DNA of 64,000 nucleotides, from assembly GCA_964016885.1 (NCBI GenBank), contig OZ024750.1:20336001-20400000 (forward strand). The letters are read 5' to 3'. Both the position numbers and the translations under genes were made by a program. Below the pieces are notes generated by a model. The model made no database searches. It worked only from the letters and a program-made list of their open reading frames with translations, and had not been told where the DNA came from. The stretch is from Eledone cirrhosa (Eukaryota). This document shows positions 1-14,489 of the stretch, piece by piece; position 1 is the stretch's first letter, and each line of letters begins with the position of its first letter.

Positions 1-384
1 CAGTAATAAAATCACACTCACACAGTTTGAACTGTCTGGTTTAACAAGAGAAAGTTTACGCTAAAACAATCTTGTCTCATCTACATGATGATATTCATAG
101 ATTTTCTTTTATTTTAAAAATAATGCTTTAATATAAATTTGTATTAACGTTCAACAAAACACATAACTTGCAACCATAATACATCTTTTGCGGATCCTAC
201 ATTGTTTTATCGAAAAATTAAGGATTCTTTAAATCTTAATATACATGACAAAATGTCAAAAAGAAAAAGAAAAACAGGTGTGTTAATTTAAATAGTTATA
301 GTAGCATATTTACTAGTGGACAGATCATTGTGAAAATTTGAAGTATTACATGCTAAAGAGAAAAGTGATGCATTGATAGTAATG

Positions 385-1215
385 AATGAGGGATTGACCG
401 AAGAGAAAAGTGCATGCTTTCAGTCCTTTCAGCCTGGTCCAGCACACAAGCTCTCTCGCTACCGCCATCAGACATCGAAAAACTGCCTGGCCTTCATCCT
501 GGTCAAAAGTAGGCTGTCATGTAATTTTCACTATGGGTTCTGTCGATATCAGGATCCGTCCTACGCGTGAAAATGGCTGCTCGACAAAATACTACAAGTA
601 TTACACGGACACTAGACGAGTGCGTGCAGAATGGTTTCATCGCTCGGCACAAATACCCCAGGAGTCTGTTTGACAGCACTTCTCTGCATGTTGAGTCAGT
701 CTCGGACCGGCAGGTCCCTTCCCCACCGGTAGAACTGCTAAGACAGGGATTTCTGGAAATAATCCATAGAACTCGTGTCAAATGATCTCCGGAACATAAT
801 GGTCGACGCCCAGAGTCTCTTCAAGAAACTTCGTCACACTTGTCCACCACTAGTCATCTATAGAACTCCAGAGTGGGATTTCCACTGCTCGTATTGCCCG
901 GCTGGTCGAGGTGAGGGAGCGCCTGACTGCATTTCAGATATCAAGCGCCCAGTCTTGCTCTCCTCTTGACTGCAACTCAGTCAAAGAGACGAACTGCAAA
1001 AATACTTTCCTCATAAACGGTGATCACACATGTTCACTGTTTAAGAATATCTGTAGATACCGTAGTCTCAGTGAATGTTCGCTCATCATTAGCCACGGCA
1101 CGCCCAGCCTTCAGCTTAGAGGGAGTTCGCTGCGTATAGACTGCCTAATCAAATGAACATTTCCTCTCCGCGAGATATTGAAGAGCAGGCCCTCTAGTTT
1201 GGCGAGGCTCGAACA
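385..1215 (-). pseudogene. Decayed Tx1/L1-clade LINE ORF2 C-terminal fragment (zf-RVT region)
   Basis: Minus strand reads ...SSMDYFQKSLS*QFYR..LPVRD*L..DETILHALV*C. This is collinear with the intact frame at 25426-26151 (GPMDNFQKSLAWQCYRGALPVRERL..EETVAHALVHC). It has stops and frameshifts; boundaries are approximate. Confidence 0.75.
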
Positions 1216-1790
1216 TGGAAAATACAATGGTTCATGACTTAACTAAATTGTGATGAAATGTTTGAGGAGACGAACCCAATATCAGGTGATATACACAAGG
1301 AATGAGGTCAATCTGGGATGAAATAGCAGAATTTTGAGAAAAGAAGCCGCTCGCAAATCAGATAGGATCATTGTTTCTATATTGAGGATTTTCGAATAAC
1401 TGTTGATAGTTATGACTCGGAGCTTAAGAACAAGACACGCGAGGAGTGTTTGGAATGTGTGGAGAACATAAATGATAACAATGAAAGCAAAAGAATAAAG
1501 GTTTTGTCAGTTGTAGAAAACTTATTAGCTAATAAAATTTAATTGATTAGAATGACATAAAGGCATGGTTATGATGATGGACATGAGGATATATTAAGAA
1601 TGTTATCTCATTATATCAGAGAAATCTCCAACGTAACACTCCGAATCTGACATATTTTGACAGGTGTAAACCGAAAGAGGGGAACAGAGAAAGCAGACTG
1701 TCTTAAAACTGTTTCAGACAGTAACAACAACAATAACCGTAACAGAGGGAAGAAAATTACGATTAATAAAAAACTATCATAGCTTATGAT

Positions 1791-1985
1791 TTAGGCACAA
1801 TGCCAGAAATTTGAACGTAAGGGCAGAGTGGAACAAATAGACCCCAGAGTATTAGGAGGGCTTTATTTTATCGACCCGGTAAGGATGAAAGATAAAGGTA
1901 ACCTTGGTGGGGTTTGAATTCATAACAGAAAAGGACATAACTTTATGGCGCAAACCATGTCCGCCGCTCTACCGATACTGGCAAT
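1791..1985 (-). mobile_element. tRNA-derived SINE, older and longer subfamily
   Basis: Reverse complement of the SINE core (ctttattttatcgacccggtaaggatgaaag...tttgaa) with an extra internal segment. Confidence 0.7.
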
Positions 1986-2431
1986 TAATCATAATTTAGT
2001 TAGAATTTTCGAGTTTCTTTGTACGACATTATTCAGGGTAATTTACATATGCTAGTGCGTTATCCATCGTATGCTGGCTAAATTTGGAAGTAAGCATCTG
2101 TTACTGTTACAGAAGATTAATAGAGAAAACTGTATAAATGTATTTATAAAAGTAACTAAATAAATGAATTCACTGCAATGTACATTTGGCTAAAGCAATT
2201 CATTATATTGTTCACACACAAACATTAATATTTAATATAACAGTGAATCGAGAAACCGGAATAGCGAAAATGGTTATATATATCTTCAAATAGGTATATT
2301 TCATTCCTGAAAAAGAAGGACGAATTGGTAAAAATAAACAGATTTTAACACACCTTATACGCATTCGCAGTTGTTTCAGCAAACAATAATTTCTGTTAGC
2401 AGCGATTCTTTGCTTAAACTTTAATCTGTTA

Positions 2432-2470
<39 letters not shown>

Positions 2471-2567
2471 CGTAGGTCCCGGGTTGAGTCGGGGATAACC
2501 ACAGTAAGTAAGGTACTCAATACATGGCAGAGTAAAATTTTTTATTTAAATATATATTATATATATA

Positions 2568-2698
2568 TTTACGATCTGAGTTCAAATCCCGCCGAGGTTG
2601 ACTTTGCCTTTCATCCATACGGGGTCGATAAAATATAAAATAAAGTACCAGTAATGCACTGGGTAATTGCTGGCCTCGTGCCTAAAGTAGAAACAATT
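2568..2698 (+). mobile_element. tRNA-derived SINE, 5'-truncated
   Basis: B-box gagttcaaatccc, core gactttgcctttcatcc..ggggtcgataaaa, tail gtagaaacaatt. Confidence 0.9.
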
Positions 2699-2922
2699 AT
2701 ATATATATATATATATATCCAGGTAGTGTAACGCGGATTTACTGTAGGTTCACCCGGGTGAACACTCCGTGTTTTCGAGGTGTAGAGCTAGAAGGAGTTT
2801 AATATAATTATGTCATTACTACTACAGATGTCCGACGCGCCTTTGATTCCAGAAACGTGCGTCACCAAACAATAAATGTAATGGAGTAACCATTCGTCCT
2901 CGTATTATCATTATAATATAAG

Positions 2923-3110
2923 GGCGGTGGATTGGAGAATCGGTAGAGGGTGAGATGCCATGCTTTGCAGCATAGAGTTACGGCCCTTATGATCTGAGTT
3001 CAAATCCTGCCAAGGTTAACTTTGCCGTTCATCCTTACGGAGTCGATAAAATAAAGTACCAGTAATGCACTGGTATAATTTCTGGACTTGTGCCAAGAGT
3101 AGAAACAATT
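2923..3110 (+). mobile_element. tRNA-derived SINE, full length (~190 bp)
   Basis: A-box-like tggagaatcgg, B-box gagttcaaatcc, conserved core and (att)n tail; about 15 copies in the window. Confidence 0.92.
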
Positions 3111-3400
3111 ATTATTATAATTATATAAATATATATACACAGTATATATGTGTATGTATGTATGTCAGATCGTAGCCGCTATTTAAGTCTAATTTGCGGC
3201 TCTAAAGAATTGCATACAGACTGAACTGATACCCAGTTAAGTGTCTATGCACCTCTTTCAACCCTTTTCCTCTACACATCCCTTTTATTCTCTCTCACTA
3301 ACTATATTTGATACCATACGTGGCAGCTTACTTTGAGCTGACGAAGGAGCGTACACATTGAATATTATGTATAGAAGTATACGATAACAGCATTATAAAA

Positions 3401-3587
3401 GGCGGTGAATTGGCAGTATCGGTAGAGGGTTGGACGTCATGCTTTCTAGCATAGTTTCGTCCCTTTACGGTCTGAGTTCAAATCCCGCCGAGGTTAACTT
3501 TGCCTTTCATCCTTACGGGTTCGATAAAATAAAGTACCAGTAATGTACTGGGTAATTGCTGGCCTTGTGCCAAATGTAGAAACAATT
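3401..3587 (+). mobile_element. tRNA-derived SINE, full length
   Basis: A-box tggcagtatcgg, B-box gagttcaaatccc. Flanking 10-bp direct repeat atattatgta at 3362-3371 and 3588-3597. Confidence 0.92.
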
Positions 3588-4762
3588 ATATTATGTACTT
3601 GATTCTTTGAAACGTGTTTCCTAGAATTATCGTTTGGCAAATAAAAGCATTCTATTTACAAACACTTTAAAGATGAGAAAATGTATATTTGTGTACGTAC
3701 GCTTGTGTGCGTGTAAGGGTTCGTTTATGCCTTGCAGCCTAGAGATTCGAAACGAGAGATGAATAGTAGAACTGCGACACGCGGAAGAAATAAATGAGGT
3801 GGATATGATCGACTAAAATATTCGTAGGCGATGTTGACCCATGCCCATTTATATCCATATATGTAAACACCCACACATGCGCGTGTGCGTATGATTATGA
3901 GGGCAAAATACAAGTTTTGTTATTAATCGGCTATTCAAACCTTTCTCTAATGTTACTATACTATATATTTTGTGTTTACTTTATATTCCTAGTTCAGAAT
4001 ATTTCTACACTGTCCTGTAAATAACTGTCATGCAGTTTGCATAACTCTTTCCTAATTATAAATGCCTTATATTTATGATTCATACTAAAGATTATGAAAT
4101 ATTCATAGCGTTCTACAGGTGTGATTGATATGAGGTAGTAGCAGTAAATTCTAATATATTATCAATTGTCATAGAGCTGTCTTAGGAATTGCAGATTATT
4201 TCATACAAGAAATCTCTCCCTCACTCTATTCTCTGTATAATATAAAACGAAGGGAAGATGAAAATTGGAAAACGAAATGAAAATTAGAGAAAGACGGAGA
4301 ATATGATTTGGTGCCTGTTTCCTCAACGTGACCAATGAAGCTTCCGCTTCAAATGCAATATTCTTAGTAGTAGCTTATTATCGGGCATATTTTTCTGACG
4401 ATTATTCATAGACGTGGTAGCATTTATTGGTAGTATATAACCAAAACCAATTTTAAACTAACAAGAGGAAAGGTGTCAAGATTTTACAAGATAGTGTAAG
4501 ATGAAATGGGATAGAAAGAGATTGGGTGAGATGTATTCTGAAATATAATGTAAAAGGAAAGAAAATCTTCAAATGGGAGAAATTAGTGATAAGATGATAT
4601 TGTTGGTTTCGCTCATATGAGTATTTTCTTTGTTCGTTATATTATTTTCTTTGATAGATTTCACTAAAGAACACATACAAATATACTCTTCATTATTGTA
4701 AACCAATATATACGTATAACAGTTTGGTCTAACTGCCAACGTCAGCAGTAGTATAGTAGTAA

Positions 4763-4763
<1 letters not shown>

Positions 4764-4841
<78 letters not shown>

Positions 4842-4866
4842 CGTCTCTCTCTCTCTCTATATATAT
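4764..4866. repeat. (CT)n microsatellite
   Basis: Direct reading. Confidence 0.95.
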
Positions 4867-4941
4867 ACTGTTCAGATTGTAGTGTAACTTCTTAATATAT
4901 GCTAACACGAAACAAGCAAAACGGATAGAGGAAGTGTAAAG

Positions 4942-5007
<66 letters not shown>

Positions 5008-5098
5008 TATTAGCTTTACACTTTTACACTTCCTCTATCCGTTTTGCCTGTTTTGCGTTAGCATATATTTAAGAAGTTACACTACAATCAGAACAGTA
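4866..5098. repeat. ~80-bp inverted repeat flanking a (TA)n tract
   Basis: 4866-4946 is the imperfect reverse complement of 5009-5098; the right arm has a tandem tttacact duplication. Confidence 0.9.
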
Positions 5099-6696
5099 GA
5101 CCTATTGTGGTTTATGAATGATGGACACCGCCACCGAGAGCAAATAAAAGGTATCGATGTGTTTGACTAATTAACAAACCTACTTAGGGAATTACTTTGC
5201 GCCATACACGAGTATTCCAGAATCATGCCCCGACTTAACTCAATAGCAATTTTGAAGTGCAATGAATGCATGTTGCTCACATCTATTAAACGTGACTTAA
5301 CAGATTTCGAAATACTGTAATGATAGAAGTACCCTAGTGTGCCATTGAGACATGCACCATTTACTCATTTCTCAAGTGTAACCAATGTGGCACAATATAG
5401 TGATACTGACTTGCAGCTATTATCCAGATGACGGGTTTCTAAACAGGTTACGTCTCTTCAATTTCAACTGTACGTCTCTGGGTGGTATAATAATAGGATA
5501 ATAACAAATTCCCTTCAAAGATATCACGAATCAATATCGAAATTGTAACATGATGATTGACTGTTAAAATTTTAACACTTTTTGTAACTGTCAACTTCAG
5601 TATAAGTGTGTATATATCTACTCACGTGTCACGGTAATGTTATTTTTTGTTGAATCCATCACTGTCATTTTAACGCTAGAAATGTTTACATATAATAACA
5701 AGATGTGTCAGAAGGGAACATATATTAGCCTGACATTTCACCTTTATGTTTTTCTAGATTTAGGCTTAACATATATTTGAGAAAACTGCAAGTGTAACAT
5801 AAGAAATGAGAGATTTCTCTGAAAGGCGTCATGCATACTAATTTGAAAACGGATATTTTAAAACATTTTCTTTTTTAACCTCACTTCATATCTTTGCTCT
5901 AATATTAGAGCATGTGGAAAATATATTTTAATTTAATTTTAGTCTAGTATATCTACTCAACTTTATAGAGAATATTATGGAGTACTAACTAAATTTATTA
6001 GCTGTCTAAAAAGCGTAGTTTATTTCAAGTTTCTTATTCGTATATTGTTACATGCCAAATCGTCATCTTATTAGGTTTTCGACTGAAATATAGGAATGGC
6101 AATACAGAGTTATTTCTTATTGAACAGTACGACGTCACCGCTCCCAGATTTTGTCGTTTGTTGTCTTAAGTTTTATCCAGCATTCATATAACTCATTTCG
6201 GTTTTATATGTCGATTCATATTTAACTCTGGAAATATGAAATACTCTTAAACCAAGATTAAAAGGTTATGTGTGAAAGAGACATTACATATTCTTAAAAT
6301 GATATTGATATGACTTCATATTAAATACCAGAGTTTTGCTACCCTGTGTAAAAGGCAACCACAGAAGATTTATTTGAAGTCTTTGGGGTATCACCTTATC
6401 ATAACAGTTTGTTTGTGGTAAATAATTCGATATAATTATTGACTGCACATTTAATGCCATTTCAAATACAAGTTAAATAATTGATATTTTAGCATATCTA
6501 ATTTCAAATCAATCGGTGTTCTTCCCTCCCAAGTTTTGATCACAACCAATGTTTCCCGAGGGTAAAAAGGGTGCATGAGAATGAAAGAAAGATAGAAGAG
6601 GAAGCAGAAAAAGAAGAAGAATTGTATCACAAGTATACATTCAGTCGAATCCAATGGCTATATATCAATACTATTTTATTATTATTAGTGGGTCAG

Positions 6697-6839
6697 CACA
6701 TAGAGTTAAAGCCCTTGCCATTCTGAGTTCAAATCCCGCCGAGGTTAACTTTGCCTTTCATCTTTGTGGGGTTGATAAAATAAAGTACCAGTAATACGCT
6801 GAGATATTTGCCGGTTTTGTGTCAAAATAAGAAACAATT
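6697..6839 (+). mobile_element. tRNA-derived SINE, partial
   Basis: ctgagttcaaatcccgccgaggttaactttgcctttcatc core. Confidence 0.85.
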
Positions 6840-7678
6840 ATATAGTAGGTCGTTACCAATCAATACCAGTAAAATACACACACACGCATCAACTGAAAAA
6901 AAAAAAAATTTAAATGTATGTTACATATATATACCTATAAGTGTAACGAATAAATATCATGATGTATTTTTTTTAAGTCTCTGTAGCGTTGGCTATATGT
7001 TGAATGACATACAGTAACACACACACACTCATGTGTTATCCACACTTGCTGACAAACTTGCATTTCAAATTCCCCGTCTACTTGTCTATATTTCACAAGC
7101 AAACACACACACAGATACACACTCCTCTCTCGCTCCCCCTCTCTCTCTATCTCCCTCTTTCCCTATCTAACTCTCTCTCAACAACTGCAACATGTTGTTT
7201 TTTCTTGAAACAAATTTTAATTCAATTCTTGATATATAAACTTCCATTCGTATGAATTGCAGAAAAAAAAAAGACTTTCAAAATATATTTTATATTAGAT
7301 CGTAAAATTATTTTTATGAATAAAAACTACTAAAAATGTATGAGAACAAATGTTACTCAAGACTAAGTGCAAAGTCTAACGAAAGAAGAAATCATGTCGT
7401 TTCAGGTTATCATCTATTATGTATTCCATAATATATAGTTTGTCTGTGAAAACGGGAAAAACAGAAATCCATACATTGGGAGAATAACATATAATTTATT
7501 CTAGTTGGCCCTTTATACCAGTAATTAGGAAACCATAAGATTCGGGAGATAATTCATATATGAGTAACGATAATTCATGTATGTATGTATCTATGTATGT
7601 ACACATATATATATATACACATACACGCTCACAAACACACAGACACACACTGGTACACAAAGACAATCATTTATAGGC

Positions 7679-7773
<95 letters not shown>

Positions 7774-9729
7774 CATATATATATATATATATTTATATAT
7801 ATGTTCGCATGTATACAGATATTTCGATGACAGATGCGAAAGTAATCTGTTTGATTTAATTTCATTCAAGGCTACCTCTTCTCTGGAGAGATATTATAAG
7901 ATGATTGACAAGTGGATCTGCACTGGGTAAGGAGAAAGAAAACCTGAGGTGAAACCGAAGAAATAACTACAACAAAAAGTAAAGGAAAATACGATAAAAA
8001 TTGAGCAAGATGGTTGAACGTCATCGCTTAATGACCCAAAGACTGATCCAATTCAATTTCATTCTTGTCATGTATTTGATTTTATTATTTTGGTTTTGGT
8101 ATTTAATTTTATCATTATTATTTCTTTTTTTTTTTTTTGCATTGGTTCTGATGTCTCATTCATAGCAGATTTACTTTTTGCTTATTTAGTCCACGACCTC
8201 CACATCCCGATCAACTTATAGTACACCCATTATAGTGATATACATTTTGTAATTAAATCAATCATATTAATTTATCATTTGCTATTGAGACATCTTAAGC
8301 CTAACCGCAAGTCAAATAATCCATTTAATGGTATCTACATTCTACATTCCCTAAGAAAAGAATACTCCGTTCAATAATAGTTTCGATATCCTTAACGAGT
8401 AAAAATGTATATATATGCATATTAATTCGGGCTAGATCGATACAGATCGAAACTTGAGCCCCTCTGCTGGTCACACTCTCTCGTCTGTCCACTTCCTCAC
8501 ACTTTCACTCACTCACTCTCTGCCACCCTCCCTCTCTCACTTTCTCCCGTCTGATCTGTGTGAAAGTCTTTTCTCTCTCACTTTTCATGTCGTTTAGACG
8601 CGTCTGGGTCTTCTCGTCGCTTGATTCGTTCGGACTTACATCCACAAGATTCATTGGCTTGTCTCTCTTTTCCTCTCTATACGTTGCATTACTACCATGT
8701 TGTTTGTTTAGTTTCCACTTCCAATTCGCCCTGTCCCGATAACTTATTTTAGTTATCACTCGCACTGATGTTGAGGTATGTAATCTTTAATGCGAAGAAA
8801 TACCAATGATAATCAGCAGACTATCCCGTTTCTCTGTCTATTTTAATTCATATGTATCACACTCGCAGCAACGTAGCACGCCATTTTTGTTATTCATATA
8901 TATATATACATGTATATACATATGTATATACATGTATATATCTATATAAATGTGTGTGTGTTTGTGTGTAAGTGCATGTGGTTGTTCTTGTTTGCGTTTG
9001 TGTTAGTGTGTGTAAATATATATAGTAGGTTTTTCTCCTCTAACTCTGTAGTAAAAAATAAGTTTGAATGTGTATTTACGGAAATAAGGATTTATCTCTT
9101 GGTATATATGTCTAACCGAAAATTGACGGATATTTGGAATATATCTGCAGTATCTTTAATCTGTAGGTTGATAATATAAAATCTCCTGGTTGAAGAATCT
9201 GTTGAACGTTTTTGACAAACAATATTCTTGTTCCAGGTTTTAATCACTGTCGCCCACATATCAAAAATATGAGATGCACCGAATCAGCGGTGAAATGAGC
9301 AATGGAGACATTGCGTTTTTAGCCTAGCCCTGCAAGAAGTTAGCACTAGTAGCTAGTATCAAAAAAGAAAAACAAATAGGAGACTTTGTATTCTTTATTT
9401 TCATTTGTGCTGGATCTATATTCAATTCACTAAACTACATCTTCAATTTATTTTTATGATTTTAATTTCATTATTGAATGTGAAATTCTATGCAAATTAT
9501 CACAGAAACAAACAGACGCAAATGGTTAGTATAATTGTATGATAATATAAATAGCAATGAGGATGGATTTTTTATGATAGCTTCTTACAAACATCTTCAT
9601 AGCTATATATTTAAGCCATTGGTAATGTTTTTCATTAGCGTAGAATGTATTAGTTTAATTAGATTATATTTACGGTTCTAAATAATTAATGATAACGTAG
9701 AAGATGTTTTCAATGACACTGTTGAAGAT

Positions 9730-9793
9730 AATATATATATATATATGTATATATATATATGAATATATATATATATGTATGTATATATGTCTG

Positions 9794-9846
<53 letters not shown>

Positions 9847-9865
9847 GAATATATATATATGTATG

Positions 9866-9896
<31 letters not shown>

Positions 9897-9999
9897 GAAT
9901 ATATATATATATCTATGTATATATGTCTGTATATATATATATGTATATATATATATATGTATATATATATATTTGTATATATGTGTATATATATGTATG

Positions 10000-10035
<36 letters not shown>

Positions 10036-10124
10036 GATGTATATACATGTATATATATGTATATATAAATGTATATATATATATGTATATACGTATGTAT
10101 ATATGTATATATATATATGTATGT

Positions 10125-10184
<60 letters not shown>

Positions 10185-10206
10185 ATATATGTATATATAT
10201 ATATAT
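9730..10206. repeat. Long interrupted (TA)n/(TATG)n microsatellite
   Basis: Direct reading; source of the spurious IY-repeat ORFs. Confidence 0.95.
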
Positions 10207-10810
10207 GTCAGGTCACCACTTGGTGCTACTGGTAACCTGTATCCCAGTGCAACCTGTCACATGGTCGGGTCGTTGGCGACTAAACTGGAAACCCCACTAA
10301 GGTTTATTGGTGAGGAGGGTGACTTTGGACATCCTGCAGGACTAAAAGCAAAACCTGTCAAACGGCAAAGGAGCTCTTAAGAGTCAATGGCCATCCAAAA
10401 TTACCGGGAGAGATGACCCCTTAGCCTTTGTCAAGGCAGAATTCTAGAAGAAGGAAAACTCTGATATAACACCTGCAACACTGATGGTATCCAATGATGT
10501 TGACTTGTTCTTCTTTTTGGTAAATATCATCTTGGTTAAGAGAGTGGGACTGGCTTTGTGCAGTGCCTGTGCTCACTATAAAAGCTTCACGGCACAGGCA
10601 TTGCTTTATATCTGGAAATCTCTCTGCACTTGTCGTCACATAGTACCATGGGCCTAGCACTATGTGTCAATAATTGTCACATGTGTAGTGTTTGTACCAG
10701 AGTTTTCAAGTCGCTGGCTGGACTAAGGTCACATTCGTTCAGCGCATCGGTAGGAGTTCTCCTACATGGATATAAAGTAGTGGCCATACTCGAAAACGAG
10801 TTGGCAGCCA

Positions 10811-10812
<2 letters not shown>
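10207..10812 (+). mobile_element. Non-autonomous RTE-clade derivative (5'UTR-like part fused to ORF 3' end)
   Basis: Encodes [17 protein letters not shown] (10684-10734), like the C-terminal CxxC..GL.SH finger of RTE ORFs. It has a terminal stem-loop ctcg-aaaa-cgag and a second copy at 11390-11944. Confidence 0.65.
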
Positions 10813-11389
<577 letters not shown>

Positions 11390-11944
11390 GGTGGCTGCCA
11401 ACTCGTTTTCGGGTACCGCCACTACTTTATATCCATGTAGGAGAACCCCTACCGATGCGCTGAACAAGTGTGACTTTTTAGTCCAACCAGAGACTTGAAA
11501 AGTCTGGTACAAACACTACACTTGTGACAATTATTGACACATAGTGCTGGACCCATGGTACCATGTGAAGTCAAGTGCAGAGAGATCTCCAGATATAAAG
11601 CAATGCCTGTGCCGTGAAGCTTTTATAGTGAGCACAGGCACTGCACAAAGCCAGTCACACTCTCTTAACCAATATGATATTTACCAAAAAGAAGAACAAG
11701 TGAACATCATTGGATACCATCAGGGTTGCAGGTGTTATATCAGAGTTTTCCTTCTCCTAGAATTCTGCCTTGATAAAGGCTAAGGGGTCATCTCTCCCGG
11801 TGATTTTGGATGGCCATTGACTCTTAAGAGCTCCTTTGCCCTTTGACAGGTTTTGTTTTTAGTCCGGCAGGATGTCCAAAGTCACCCTCCTCACCAAGTA
11901 ACCTTGGTGGGGTTGCCAGTTTAGTCGCCAACGAGCCGACCATG
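11390..11944 (-). mobile_element. Second, inverted, slightly 5'-truncated copy of the RTE derivative
   Basis: Reverse complement of 10260-10812 with scattered substitutions. ORFs 10421-10660(-) and 11544-11783(+) are near-identical translations. Confidence 0.85.
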
Positions 11945-12113
11945 ATACATACATATATATACATATATATATACATATATATAGATATATATACATACAT
12001 ATATACATATATATACATATATATATATATACATATATATATATACATACATATATATACATTCATACATATATATACATTCATACATATATATACATAT
12101 ATGTACATATATG

Positions 12114-12225
<112 letters not shown>

Positions 12226-12276
12226 GTTATTCCGGGTTGAATCGGAGGTAACCACAGTAAGTGGTTATATATATTA

Positions 12277-12433
<157 letters not shown>

Positions 12434-12482
12434 ATATATATGTGTATATACATGTGAATATATGCATATATATATATAATAT

Positions 12483-12779
12483 AAAACAGAAAATCAGTGA
12501 TGCCTCTTAACTCAATGTATTGTTAATTACAATTGTTTCGCCGGCGGACAGCTCCAGAAGCGATCATTGTGTGGATCTGTCTGATTACGGACCCGCAGGT
12601 TCGACGGACACGTCTAATGATTACGGAGCTGTCCGCCGACGAAACATTTGTAACACACAATAAATTGAGTTCAGCTGCATCACTGATTTTTCGTTTTCTA
12701 TTCCATCATACTCTGCTCGCTAAGAGCATAGAGTACTCAACCGGCATACCGCCTATGGAAGCATTTTAGCTACCATCAG

Positions 12780-12780
<1 letters not shown>
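12483..12780 (+). mobile_element. Fold-back element family J (PLE-like, degenerate hammerhead)
   Basis: Arms 12483-12555 and 12625-12697. ctaatga...gaaacatttgta, with the left arm giving gaaacaattgta. Related copy at ~34275-34355. Confidence 0.6.
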
Positions 12781-12812
<32 letters not shown>

Positions 12813-12836
12813 CACATAGACACACATACACACACT

Positions 12837-12900
<64 letters not shown>

Positions 12901-14489
12901 ATGTATGTATGTATGTACTGATACTTTTTAATATACCTTTCCAAAGATCTGTGTTCATAAGTTCTATGACTAATCCAATTGATTAAGGATTCCGTTAAGT
13001 TGCTTTCTTTGTGGATGGATCACTGGTCTCCATGGACTATAATATATTTAGAAATTATTTATTTTACTCCATCACATAATATTATGACTAAGATAGTAGC
13101 AGTTATTTAAGTTTGAATATAATTACTTAAAGTTTAGTTAAATTATACTTTATTCGTGTATCAGATAATTCTATATATCCCGATAAACTAATTCTTAATG
13201 AAAGTTAATGCTACATTTTAAATTCCTAGATTACATTCATTTAGTTAAACTGCATCAGATAATATTTAGTTGTAGCGTAGATCTAGTAATTAATAACAAT
13301 AAAGTGTAGCTGTGTATATTTTAATATATATTTTGTTGTAATTTTCATAGGTATCTCGTTGTTTATACATCTCCCGAGAAGCCAATTACTGAAACACCGT
13401 CATCACCATAAACATGAACTGCATTGTAGTCATCATCATGTTATCATATCTTGTAGACTACTCTTCGGTGTTGCCACTCTAGACGTTTTCTAAGTCAGTT
13501 GTCACCACTGATTTCTATGCTCCGCCATACCCAGAAGCTTCACTCTATCCTCACTGCTCCAGGCGTTGATGATTTTTTTGTATCAGGATATACTTTATCA
13601 TCACACTCTATGCCCTCTGCCCTATTGAATACATTCAAAGAGAGTTACGTGTTTGGATAACTATCAGTACCGGGTGAGGGCGTTTTATTTTTAATTTATT
13701 TTTTCCTGTTATATTCATATAAAAACATCTAAGCCTAAAGCAATCACTCGCTATCAAAGATGACAAGTTATTGTGAACAATTGTTTTGCTAAGGGTTTCG
13801 GCATGTGTATAATTGCGAGAAGACATTGGCAACCACCCACTGGACCTACGTCGATCCATTCACATATTCGTGATGTAACAACAATAAGGAGTGATATTTT
13901 CACAAGCAGATCACTGGTATTCTGTGAACAATGAAGAGATGAACAGCGAATAGAACCACGGTGGAATTTAAATAAGAAGGGCAGCCTGAATATCCCATAC
14001 TATAATGATTCTGCTAAATCGACCAACTTTCAACGATAAATAAGCTGGATGATATGAAAAGCTCATTCTAAAAATATATAGTGTATGGTATTTCGAAACA
14101 ATTGTGAACTATAAATTCTAACTTGATTGTAGTGCATAGCTGTTGTCTTCCTGACCTAGAGCTTAGAACTTGATGCATCCGTGAAATTATATATATATAT
14201 ATATATAATATGAATGTGTGTGTGTGTGTGCGCTCTCATACGTATACACACGAGTAAACATAAAACCATAAATATGCTTAGTTGTTGCTTTTTCAAGCGT
14301 CTCTTTCTGAGGGTTGTGTATGCTTGACGGACGACTTAACCCAGATAACCTCTCTTGTTCGGATATAAATATAGAAACAGTTGAAAATGACATCACATCA
14401 CTTGGTGGCGAACTGCAAGGGGCAATGCCCTCTTTACCGCACTCAATAATAATAAAACATAATAGAAAAAGAAGATTAAATGCATAACA

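Noticed and set aside
2719-2910. gaaacgtgcgtc hammerhead-like 3' half
   Set aside because: No recognisable CTGANGA or helix II upstream.
2923-3010. tRNA gene
   Set aside because: A and B boxes belong to the SINE head; there is no full cloverleaf and the sequence continues into the SINE core.
8460-9330. Possible non-coding first exon (CT-rich, donor gag|gtatgt at ~8777) and acceptor ttccag at ~9236
   Set aside because: Splice-like motifs alone are common; there is no coding or transcript support.
10207-10295. HDV-like ribozyme at the 5' end of the RTE derivative (CCAGT/ACTGG pairing, CTAA)
   Set aside because: RTEs can carry such ribozymes, but I could not build consistent P1, P3 and P1.1 helices. 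It needs a descriptor search on the family consensus.
13400-13630. Possible RTE 3' end on the minus strand with (gat)n tail
   Set aside because: Too decayed to translate a convincing motif.
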